In this document: piece by piece, positions 23,735 through 35,187 of the stretch
Position numbering within the stretch: the stretch's first letter is position 1
How the letters are laid out: each line of letters begins with the position of its first letter
Source of the DNA: Tubulanus polymorphus
Taxonomy: Eukaryota; Animalia; Nemertea
NCBI RefSeq assembly: GCF_964204645.1
Contig: NC_134034.1
Span: 930,001 to 994,000, forward strand
Direction of reading: 5' to 3'
Length of the DNA: 64,000 nucleotides
The notes under the pieces: generated by a model
What the model saw: only the letters and a program-made list of their open reading frames with translations
Database searches by the model: none
What the model was told of the DNA's origin: nothing
Position numbers and translations under genes: made by a program

Positions 23735-24391
23735 CTCTGTATAAGGCGGCACTAGTTCATGAAGTGAAGGGTTTCGGGACTCGCTGAAGCCCTGTATAAG
23801 GCGGTGCTTGGTCATGTAGTGAAGGGTTTCGGGACCCGTTGAAACTTAAGTAAGGAGCGCTAGTTCTTGTAGTGGAGGGTTCCGGGATTCTCTGAAACTC
23901 TGAGCAAGGAGGCGCTAGTTCATGTAGTGGAGGGTTCCGGGATTCTCTGAAACTCTGAGCAAGGAGGCGCTAGTTCATGAAGTGGAGGGTTCCGGGATCC
24001 TCTGAAACTCTGAGCAAGGAGGCGCTAGTTCATGAAGTGGAGGGTTCCGGGATCCTCTGAAACTCTGAGCAAGGAGGCGCTAGTTCATGTAGTGGAGGGT
24101 TCCGGGATTCTCTGAAACTCTGAGCAAGGAGGCGCTAGTTCATGAAGTGGAGGGTTCCGGGATCCTCTGAAACTCTGAGCAAGGAGGCGCTAGTTCATGT
24201 AGTGGAGGGTTCCGGGATCCTCTGAAACTCTGAGCAAGGAGGCGCTAGTTCATGAAGTGGAGGGTTCCGGGATTCTCTGAAACTCTGAGCAAGGAGGCGC
24301 TAGTTCATGAAGTGGAGGGTTCCGGGATCCTCTGAAACTCTGAGCAAGGAGGCGCTAGTTCATGTAGTGGAGGGTTCCGGGATCCTCTGAA
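23735..24391. repeat. 55-bp tandem minisatellite (gaaactctgagcaaggaggcgctagttcatgaagtggagggttccgggatcctct)
   Basis: ~9 near-identical units preceded by diverged units. Confidence 0.95.
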
Positions 24392-26469
24392 TCTATATCT
24401 ATTTCATAGGCTCTAGGTTGTGAAACGTAAAATAAGCGAGTGTGATATTTTCATTATCGTAAAAATATATCGAATTGAATAATTAATTATCAAAAAATAA
24501 CAACAGATAAATCGTTGATCAGTTGATTGTTTCCAAGAGCTTTTTGCGAAATTGGTTTCATGCCTGAAAGGTCGTCATCTCGATGTGATGGGTAGAGGCT
24601 ATGAACCTGGGTATTCAGGCTATATACATTTGTCCTGTTAATAAAGGATTCGAATCAGATTCACGATGCAGTGGTTAAATGAACGTCTCTTGAGATTCTT
24701 GGTGACGTGGTAACGTTTATAATACCACAACAACTCGCAGGGTTCGAACCCAACCTCATGATTTCTATAGTCGACGTATCGGTTAGCCGAGACACCGCAG
24801 AAGCTGCTTATATGACGTCACGACTTTTGGATTGGAAACTACTATCACTGGGATTCGAACCCAAAATAAGAGAAACGCGTTACGACATACGATATACGAT
24901 AGAACCTAGTTTCACAAAAAGGGTGACTCCTCAAAAACTACTGGACTCAGTTTCACAATAAGGGGACTCCTCAAAATCAACTGGTCCTAATTTCACAAAA
25001 AGGGTGACTCCACAAAATTTGCTGGACCTAGTTTCAGACAAAAGAATTAACTCCAAAGAATCTACGGGATCGATCTTCAGAAAAAAAGGATTAAGTTCGA
25101 AATCCATTTAGTATATACACAATTGATATAGAAATTAAATCGATTTTAGAGTTAGTTATTTGTGAAACAGATCCCTATTTTCGAGAGTAAAGTCGATTCA
25201 AATTATAATTGTTTTTCGCGTATTTACATTTTCAGCTGTTTCTGAAAATCGAGTATCAAGTGACACGTTTTTTTGTATTTGTACAATTCTTTGAAATTGA
25301 ATATCGTGCATATATGTTCCACGCACGTTCAACATTAAAGCTTGAGGCCAATATTAAGTTACTAGGCCTCGATATGCCCAAAGACACGAAAAAATAAACT
25401 ACGTCGAATTGTACAAGTGGACTAAGACTGAAGTTGCCATACTTATGAAATAAGAAATTAAAACTGTTAAATAAATGAACTCCGTGGGTCCTGAGATACA
25501 ATTTGATTCTGCGGTATTAGAAGATTCCCTTGAACTAATCTAAGTAGAGCCTTTAGCGTTCATCGAACTAGCGACTGGTCATATCGGGTCGCTAGTTAAC
25601 AAGCATCCCGCTCGCATCGAAAATCTTGTATGAACAAGCAACTGCATGGCTTATGCCAGTCTCTAGATCAAACATCGACGGCAACTGAGATACGTTATCT
25701 AGCAAATATTCTCGAGGGCATCCCACTTGTCATATCGCTTTGTTTTTGTCAGTTGCAACCATGTATGGTTGATTATGGAGCGCTTACATCGACGGATATA
25801 TGACCGTGACTGAGTATAACCAGTTGCTCAAAAGTAGAACATGAAAAACTGGCTGCAACTGGAGATAGATCGCTTACCAGTCATAGCGTGCATCGACGCA
25901 TTCAAACATCTGATTCTATCCTGCCAGTTCCTCTCCAGGCGCGGATCCAGGTCCATTCAATGACTACAGCACAGTGAAAAAGGGCACCAACTTTGAAAAG
26001 GGCCAGTATTAATGCCCTGCGAGTGAGTTTGAGTGCCATTTATTTGTATCACGGGACTTAATTTGCCTTCGCATTCTATTTGCTTGTGCCTTTTCACGTA
26101 CGCCGAAAACTGCCTTGCAGCAACTAGTTCAATGTCTCGAGCTACTTCGTCAACGTACGTTAGGCTTTTAAGAGACCATAAGACTGTGGAGAATCTTGGC
26201 GACTTCAACGATTCAGTAAGAATATGATTAATGACGATCTTTTCATTCTCGATGATAAGTTTTTCGTTTCGTGAAACCGGGTTTAGGAACAAATTGAGAA
26301 CTGTTACATCGTCACCATTAGCTGCCTAAAATGATTCAGTGTAATGCGATATTTATATCTGTCAGTAAAATACGATACCGAATTCAGTACGTGTCAATGG
26401 CGGATAGAATTAAAACCAATCTTATCATCTTCACAATTTCAACAATTTTGTTTTACCATGAACTCGCTC

Positions 26470-26477
26470 TATTTAAA
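26470..26477 (+). promoter_or_regulatory. TATA-like box of peptide paralog 3
   Basis: TATTTAAA ~95 bp upstream of the ATG at 26568; homologous TTTAAAA / TATTCAAA motifs occur at the equivalent position in the other paralogs. Confidence 0.45.
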
Positions 26478-26567
26478 CGGCGATAACATTCGTATTCGTG
26501 CAGTAAAACTCATTGCATCGACTTCACAAACGCGATCCGGATCTGAAATCTACAGAATCGTAGCAAC

Positions 26568-29500
26568 ATGTTGTCATCAAAGGTAATTTATTAATTGTTC
26601 TAAAACTGTGGAATCCTCAACTGCTGCAGTAGTTGATGTAAGATAGATAAGATAAGATAAGATATTTATTTCACTCCAACCATAAGAATGGTACGTGGAG
26701 GCAAGATTGAATACAAAATATGGAATATAAAAATTTACAAAACATGAACAGAATTATATACATATATACAAAACAAAATAGGAATTAACAAAATTTAAAA
26801 TCAAACTTTCAGTAATAAAACTATTTACAAACAAAGCAAGTACAGAGATTGAATTATATACAGCAAGATATATCACACGTATATACACAATTCACTGGAG
26901 GGATTTGTATAAACTTAAACCTAACTGGATAAATTTAGCTAGTTGTGGGGTAGGATTCCTTAATATTTCCAAGTTTCTGGACATACTTAAATGGATGGAA
27001 TTATCACGCAGATCACTTAGCAAAGTGCAGTCATAAATGAAGTGAAGCTCATCTCCTACGGTGTTACAGGCAGGGCACAGTCTTTCACTTCGGTCTATAT
27101 GAGCGTTCGATCGATTATTTACCGGTAATAAATAGGAACCAATTCTGAATTCGAATAAGCTATGCACAAGACTTCCGTCAAGTTGAGTTATATATTTTTC
27201 AAGCCTAACATCGTTCTTATATAGTTTGAAATTAACATACTGCTGATCGTCATTCACTTTTTGAAGCATTTCTTGTACGTGTTGGTCACGGAGGACTTGT
27301 TTCACGTACTTGGAGAGCGTTTTATAATTTTCCGTGTATTGCTGTAACCATATGTAAGATAAGCCAATGTCGTCAAATATTTTCTTTATATACAATAACC
27401 AAGGGGACTTGTGTTTTTCGCGTACATACAGATTGAGGGATATACGGTACAGGATTGCATTAAGTTTTGAATCTTTGCCGGTAACAGTTTTAAGCCAAAA
27501 GTTTACCATCCTCCGTTTTACCTCGATACTCATGGGGTACCGCCCAAGTTCAGCTAATACCTGCAGGTTGTGCGAATATTTTGACACTTTCATAATAATT
27601 TTGCAAAACGTACAGTGCAGACTCTCTAATAAATCGAGGCTTTCAAAGCCCCATATCTCACAACCATATAACGCAACGGGTGCGACGCACATATCGAATA
27701 GTTTCAGCAAAACATCTATCGGGAGCTTCAAGCGTCTGCCTTTTTGTATTACCGAGAACATTGCTCTCATTGCCTTGTCATATAGATATTTTTTTGCTTT
27801 GGCGAAGCTGCCATTCCAATTGAACTTAACTCCCAGGTATAGATAGTCCTCAACGATCTCAATCTCATCTGTGCCAAACATAAACTTTGTATCTATCTTG
27901 ATCCTACATTTACTTCTTGCAAAAATTAAAACTTTAGTTTTATCGATATTAACCGTTAAATCGTTTTCTAAACAATATGCATACAAAGTATCCAGCTGCG
28001 ACTGCAGTGAATTTTCATCCTCAGCTAAGATAACTGTGTCATCTGCATACAGAATAATAAATAGATTTAACAGGGTGTCAAGATCATGATCGCAGTCCGA
28101 ATTCAGCTTTTCTATAAATGAGAGAGTTGGATTACCATTACCCACGAAAAATGCCTCTATATCATTTAAATAGAGTGAAAATAGGATTGGTGATAGATTT
28201 TCGCCCTGTCTCAAACCTCTGCCGGCAGTGAAATATTGTGAGGTATTGCCATTATATTTTACGCACGATTTTACAGAGTCGTACATGCTTTTAATAATGT
28301 TCAGGAAGTTTCCTGTAATACAATTACTAATAAGTTTCTTCCAAAGAGTTACTCTACAGATTGAATCAAATGCCTTTTTAAAATCTACGAACGCACAGAA
28401 CAGTCTTCTCCCCTGGCCAAGGTACAGTTCAACAATGGTTTTAAGAGTGTAGATATGATCAACTGTCGAGTATTTAGATCTGAAACCACCCTGGGCTTCA
28501 CTTATAATATTGTTTGCATCTAAAAATAGAGATAGTCTCTGATTCAATATGCTCGTAAACAGTTTTCCTAGGCAGCTCACTAGAGTGATGCCTCTGTAAT
28601 TATCGGGATCGTCGGGATCACCTTTGTTCTTGTAGATCGGTTTGATCACCCCAATCGACCAAGTATCCGGTACATGGCCAGTCCTTAGAACAAGATTGAA
28701 TAGGTTTTGCAAAATATTAACTAAATAGGGATATCGGTTGACTTTTAGCAATTCAGTTCTACTGCACACTAGCGACACCTAGTAGATCTTCACTTGTCGC
28801 ATGGAATCCATTATTGCTGCAGTAGTTGATGTTCTACTGCACACTAGCGACACCTAGTAGATCTTCACTTGTCGCATGGAATCCATTATTGCTGCAGTAG
28901 TTGATGTTCTACTGCACACTAGCGACACCTAGTAGATCTTCACTTGTCACATGGAATCCATTATTGCTGCAGTAGTTGATGTTCTACTGCACACTAGCGA
29001 CACCTAGTAGATCTTCACTTGTCACATGGAATCCATTATTGCTGCAGTAGTTGATGTTCTACTGCACACTAGCGACACCTAGTAGATCTTCACTTGTCAC
29101 ATGGAATCCATTATTGCTGCAGTAGTTGATGTTCTACTGCACACTAGCGACACCTAGTAGATCTTCACTTGTCACATGGAATCCATTATTGCTGCAGTAG
29201 TTGATGTTCTACTGCACACTAGCGACACCTAGTAGATCTTCACTTGTCACATGGAATCCATTATTGCTGCAGTAGTTGATGTTCTACTGCACACTAGCGA
29301 CACCTAGTAGATCTTCACTTGTCACATGGAATCCATGATGTAGTTGATGTCCTACTGCACATACGTGGCACCTGGTAAGATCCTCACTATATCTGCAATC
29401 CCCACGTGCTTTCGCCATTGCGGAGTCCTCACTGTCTCTAGGGGTCATCCAACCATTTATGCATTCAAATATCTGATCATACGTTATTTCCAGAATTTCT

Positions 29501-29773
29501 GTGAATTGTTTTTATTTCTTTTTTGAATAGAAATATTGTTCGTTACTCAGAAAATATACAGCTTTTAAAATCAATATGCTTTCATTTCAGTATCTGGTAG
29601 TTTTAGTTCTGATAGCGGTCGCTGATGGCGCTAATTCTGATGTATGTGCGACATGTTTAACGCTCTGCGAGAAGAGGTGTCAATTTTACGTGAATAACGG
29701 GCCTGGTGTTGTCACTCATTGCATTGAGAAAAAGTGTCCCTTTATCTGTGCAAAACGGTGTAAGCAGAACTAG
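26568..29773 (+). CDS. Secreted Cys-rich peptide paralog 3 (8 Cys, cationic); exons 26568-26582, 29591-29773
   Basis: ATG TTG TCA TCA AAG|gtaatt ... tttcag|: MLSSKYLVVLVLIAVADGANS-DVCATCLTLCEKRCQFYVNNGPGVVTHCIEKKCPFICAKRCKQN*; AATAAA at 29840. Confidence 0.85.
26640..28755 (-). mobile_element. 5'-truncated non-LTR retrotransposon (RTE-X-like), uninterrupted RT and C-terminal zinc knuckle
   Basis: ORF 26892-28755 with NYRGITL, QGGFR, FVDFKKAFDS, GLRQG..LSP, LYADD, YLG and CPAC..DELHFIYDC; (tctta)n 3' tail. Clade is inferred. Confidence 0.92.
28756..29410. repeat. 75-bp tandem repeat (gttctactgcacactagcgacacctagtagatc...gcagtagttgat), ~8 copies
   Basis: Near-identical units; family also at ~9445-9515, 17545-17807, 19225-19505, 35630-35712, 40020-40612 and 59460-59565. 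Confidence 0.95.
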
Positions 29774-30154
29774 TCATGATGTCAACTCGTTAAGAAACGA
29801 TATCATTTTCTCTGCTGGTATCAGCGAGAGATGACTTCAAATAAAACCCCGAACTTAAATTAGTTTTTTTGTTTGTTTTTATATTTGGCTTAAGTAATTA
29901 GATCAATGCGCCCCCTAGTGGCAGATAGATCGAAGGATAATAATGGTGGCATCCCGTGGTGGTCAAATCTCCCGTTAATATGAATTAAACTGATTAAGTT
30001 TTTTGTTTACTAGGGCCTTAAACGTGCTAGAACGTGCAAGAGGATTTTAGACGTTATCAAAGCACTGTCTAGCCAGTTACAGGATCTAACATTAACCTTG
30101 TCATTGTTCGAGAAAAGTTCGTTCGGAATATTGCCTCTTCGCCGGCGCAGTCAT

Positions 30155-30268
30155 CAGGGTCCAGTTCCACAGTTCTGAGTTAAGATTTCACCCAGAGTTA
30201 ACTCATCGGAAATGAACTAACTTTAACTCAGAGTTAACTCTAACTCACAACTGTTGAACTGGGTCCTG
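30155..30268. mobile_element. Harbinger-like MITE (family A), monomeric parent of the 44-bp satellite
   Basis: TIRs (cag)ggtccagttccacagtt / aactgttgaactgggtc(ctg); the right end matches the 44-bp satellite unit. Confidence 0.65.
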
Positions 30269-30527
30269 AATATCAAATATCTTAATAGAAATGTTAATAT
30301 CCTTTTTTTAGGGATCTCAAAAATCTAAAACGTAAACAACGAATTCTATGATGTGAGATTAACACTAGTTTATTAAAGATACGATTTGTCGCTTTGTAAT
30401 CAGACAAATCAGTACAAGCAATACGGCAACAACACAGTATCTATAGCGAGAGTGACACTTATCACGAGAATAACGAACACGAGCAAAGCGTAATACAGTA
30501 GACTCCGCCTTATAAACAGTACGATAC

Positions 30528-30660
30528 AGTCGAGAGAAATCCCACAATAACGAAGCCAAGATTGAAAAATTCTATATCAGAATAATTATTATTTGAGGAG
30601 CGACGTTTCGGCTAACAACTGTTAGCCGTCATCAGGCGCTTATTGTGGGATTTCTCTCGT
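30528..30660 (-). mobile_element. Penelope-like LTR remnant with a hammerhead-like core
   Basis: Minus strand CTGATGA-C-GGCTAAC-agtt-GTTAGCC-GAA-ACGT-C, bracketed by an inverted repeat (cgagagaaatcccacaataa). Confidence 0.45.
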
Positions 30661-32347
30661 CATCATCATACACGGATATTGTGTATCTTCTCGTCCAGTA
30701 CGGTACAGTGTCGAGGCATTCGTGTTTCTACCGAGTTTAGGCGGTTGCCTGGGTTTGAAAATACAGCACTGTCGACGGTAGACGAATAGAACCGTTTGCC
30801 GTTTACAAGTTCAGAGGCGCACAATCAACGGAAATGATGATGTCAAAAAAGATGTCGAACAGAGCCAATTGATACCAAACTAGGCGATATTTTTGTATTG
30901 AAAAACTAGCAAACTGAAATCTTGTTTTCATTTTGCCGAATTGTACGGATAGACCGGACAGACTGGACAGACCGGTACCGGTTTAGACGGAGTCTACTGT
31001 ACTTATAGATAATGAATAATAAATCTAAGCAAATTGGTCCACGAAGTGTATTTACTACGATGCCACGCCGGAAGTTATCTCTTCAGGCGTATATTTACCT
31101 GCCTGGCCGCTATACGTGTATTGACCTTGGCCTTTGATGAACGAAGGGAGATCATCCTAAGGGTTGAATGCAGGAGTATCTGTTGAAAGAAGAAAACACT
31201 TGAAAAACAAACTATGATTCCTTGGGGTGCGATACCGAATAGACTATAAGTAACAAGAATTTAAGATAGGCTGCAACACGACCACCGTGAGAATAAATAT
31301 GGAACATCGATATTCAACAAGGCATTTAAGAAAATTCCAAAGACAATCAAGATCGACATCTTTCAATAAGGCGATTAGGGGAAAGTGCACCCATTGCTAA
31401 AAATCTTCGATGAACAAACGCGCTGAATCGCGACGACTTCCTAATGATATTTAATCAATAGCATTCGAATAACTGGATTTGTTACGATATATGTGACGTC
31501 ACTTTCAACGGCATTGAATCCGGTGCATTATTCTGTTAAAGAAATTTGGCCGCATATTTTTCCACAACATCATTATTTTCACCACTTTTTGCATAATTGC
31601 AATAATAATTGTTGGAGCGATAGCAATGAACTTTTTAAAGCAGTCTAAAAGAGACCACGACAGAACAGACAGCATTTGCCTATCATTTGAACTGCTGTGT
31701 TGCTATTTCAGTAAGAAAGTGAATACATTTATATCAAATTGAATTTCCATTCCTTCTGGTGATGAAAATACAAGTAGGTAATTAGTAATACATGTGGGAT
31801 ATTATTTGTATCACGATCTACTGAATGAGGTCGACACAGCGATTAGCCGTCCTATCAATATTCTACAAGTTTGATATAAATTACCCTAAGCTCAAACTAT
31901 CGTTTGAGTTTGTTTTCTTTTTTGGCGAGGTTCATTGTAAAATGTGATCGCAATAAGGGTGATCAAAAACGAGACACGATTGCTGATTAAAGCTCTATTC
32001 GGGTTCCAGTGTTCGTAACCCGACGACGATACTGGCTACTTTTGTCGAATTTCAAATGTTTTATGTAAATAGGATTTTTCGGAGAATGCCACAAAAGGTA
32101 CGGAAAGAGACCTAAATGAATCTTATGGATTTGACCCACGCTGTCTTTGAATTGTTCGTTCTGCAGTGCCACATAGGAAAAAAACCTAAACACATAATGG
32201 ATGATGTTGTATCCTTTGTGAAACGATTTGCACAGTTTCTGACTCTTGAGAACTGTTGACACCATTTATACGACATCTAATTGAAAGGAATGATATACAA
32301 TTTTGATCGGGTTGTAAAGATGAGATAATTTTCATCTAGAAACTTAC

Positions 32348-33913
32348 TGGTGTTGGGCTTTGTGCCGCAGTTGTTGAGAGGCCAGGGTGTTGTAGTCGCG
32401 GTAGTTTCAGTTTCAGCTGCTGATGTAGTCGCGGTAGTTTCAGTTTCAGCTGCTGATGTAGTCGCGGTAGTTTCAGTTTCAGCTGCTGATGTAGTCGCGG
32501 TAGTTTCAGCAGCTGATGTAGTCGCGGTAGTTTCAGTTTCAGCTGCTGATGTAGTCGCGGTAGTTTCAGTTTCAGCTGCTGATGTAGTCGCGGTAGTTTC
32601 AGCAGCTGATGTAGTCGCGGTAGTTTCAGTTTCAGCTGCTGATGTAGTCGCGGTAGTTTCAGTTTCAGCTGCTGATGTAGTCGCGGTAGTTTCAGTTTCA
32701 GCTGCTGATGTAGTCGCGGTAGTTTCAGTTTCAGCTGCTGATGTAGTCGCGGTAGTTTCAGTTTCAGCTGCTGATGTAGTCGCGGTAGTTTCAGTTTCAG
32801 CTGCTGATGTAGTCGCGGTAGTTTCAGTTTCAGCTGCTGATGTAGTCGCGGTAGTTTCAGCAGCTGATGTAGTCGCGGTAGTTTCAGTTTCAGCTGCTGA
32901 TGTAGTCGCGGTAGTTTCAGTTTCAGCTGCTGATGTAGTCGCGGTAGTTTCAGTTTCAGCTGCTGATGTAGTCGCGGTAGTTTCAGTTTCAGCTGCTGAT
33001 GTAGTCGCGGTAGTTTCAGTTTCAGCTGCTGATGTAGTCGCGGTAGTTTCAGCAGCTGATGTAGTCGCGGTAGTTTCAGCAGCAGTAGGTATGGTAGTTT
33101 CAGTACTGGTAACCGTGTCTAAATGATAAAATGTGTAACGAATATTATCATAGCTACGAAAGTAAAACCAAATGACGAGTCAGTTGGTAAGAGTTGAAGC
33201 GAACGGGCGGATGACCTTGTGACTAATTAAAATGATATGTTAGCTAAAAGGACAAAGTTTGCCCGGAAGCTGGTAAGTTGCCAAGAATGTATATTACCGC
33301 GAAAAAAAAATTGATCATAGAAATCAAGTTGACATGCAAGGATTGGGATGTTGAAACTATCGCAATCTGTTATATAAATTTCTCATATCATTGAATTAGC
33401 AAATTTCATCAATTTCGATATCTATTTCACGGAAAAGTGTAACAAAAAACCAGAAGAAAGTCAAATAATTTAAAAACGAGAGAAGAAACAAATTGATACA
33501 GAAATAATAATACAACGGAAGAACGTATTGATTCGTTCGTTCGAGCGTTTGTCAGCACAAATGAGCTGTCACGTGACAAAAATCCATATGGCTGCAACAA
33601 TGTCGTTGACCGCATGACGTCATAGTTTGTTTGCCAAATTTCGGGCATCAACTCTCATGTAAATATAAGATTATTTCTGACCATCGTTAAGATATCGTCA
33701 GGTCAACAATACAACGCTTTGGGTGTCTATAGATATTTTATATGCCGGACCCGTGAGATTGTAGTTAGCTAGTTGTTCAAAGTTCGATTCGATACAAACT
33801 GCATATAACTGATAATATTAACAATGAAACTTACTGGCTTTAACGACCGGGCATGAAGTCACAAATGACGTCATCAACAGCAGTACGGCTCCAAGGGTTA
33901 GGAAGTAGTTCAT
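32348..33913 (-). CDS. Secreted Thr/Ala/Glu-rich mucin-like protein; exons 33913-33835, 33118-32348; 3' end unresolved
   Basis: Signal peptide MNYFLTLGAVLLLMTSFVTS; phase-1 introns; exon 2 is an open array of 33/27-bp units encoding ETETTATTSAA / ETTATTSAA and ends PWPLNNCGTKPNT. Confidence 0.7.
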
Positions 33914-35187
33914 CTGTAACGATAGACCCACACGTAATGACATAACGGTGAAAAAAAAACTAGTTTGAAAAAGACTAGTTTTTTGTCTACAAAATCTTCG
34001 AAGAGATTGACTGTATTTACGTAGGAATGTATCTCCCATGCCCGCGTGATGCCATGTTGTGGGATCTCTGGGGCGTGTCATTATGTCTACAATTCTGCCT
34101 AACGGATGAAAACCCTTAAACATTAACTAATTACCTTTTCGTCTGAACGTTGCAAGAATTTTCAAGAATATTTGCGTCGTCGTCGTCAAAGTCGAGTGTG
34201 CCCACCAAATGAAATCTCATTAAATGTAGTCACACAAAACGTCAAGAATTGCGGAGTATGAATAGCGCTGACAAACAGGTGGTGGGAAATACGTTGTGTT
34301 AGAGATTATTACTGATAGGACCCGTATTGCCTTATTGTATGCGTAACAAATGCACTCGCATTAAAAGTTGCCACACACAAAGCGTGAAGAATTGATGAAT
34401 AGAAACACTGATAAACAGGTGACGGGAACCAGACATTGTGTTAGTGAAGAATGCTGATGGGACCTGCATTTCTAAGAGAAGCAGATTTTACAGATTATTT
34501 GCGCCATTATGTAAGCTGCCTGCACCGTATTCATTCACTATTCACAAAAAGAAGCGTGAATTCATGAATTGATGAATAGAAATAGCACTGATAAACAGGT
34601 GACGGGAACCAGTCATTGTGTATGAGAAGAATGTTCAATTGGACAATGGGCAAAATTCTTTGAAAAATGACGGCAGGATTTATACCTAACAAAATATGTG
34701 AAAGTGATCTCCTCTACCCCGTGAAAATCCCTCCAAATTTATTCCAATCCAAGTACAGCTATTATTGGAACATATCAAACTCGAATGAATAGATAATATC
34801 TCCGCTGAGGAGCATACATTTTGCCGTTATTTATCCGTCTGTTTGTTTCAGAAACAAAGCTGTGTCAACAAAATGATTAATTTTCTACGAATCCAGTTCA
34901 TAATACCTCTGTCGTGGTCCATGTTGGTTGTTCTGCGGTAGATTTCTTTTCAATGTCCATTAGGTATCAGTTCTTTCCATCAGCATAGATACAATAAATG
35001 CTTGAAGAAAATGTACTACGGTCTATCTACCACTAGGGGGCGTATCGATCTAATTGTCCGCGTCAAATTGACAAACGATCGAATAAACGAATAGATGTTG
35101 CATGTTTTTTTATTTGAAGTCGTCTCGGTGACACCAGCAGAGAAAACTGATGTCGCTTTGAAACAATGCTACGTCATCATTTTAACC

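Noticed and set aside
28756-28778. Apparent start of the 628-aa RT ORF (MSLVCSRT)
   Set aside because: Derived from the flanking 75-bp repeat; the element is 5'-truncated and lacks its endonuclease
29576-29590. Single-exon start MLSFQ for peptide paralog 3
   Set aside because: It overlaps the tttcag acceptor conserved in all paralogs, and a homologous first exon exists at 26568-26582; use as an alternative start cannot be excluded
32350-33126. + strand 258-aa Val/Ala ORF
   Set aside because: Antisense shadow of the mucin exon; splice sites and signal peptide are on the minus strand
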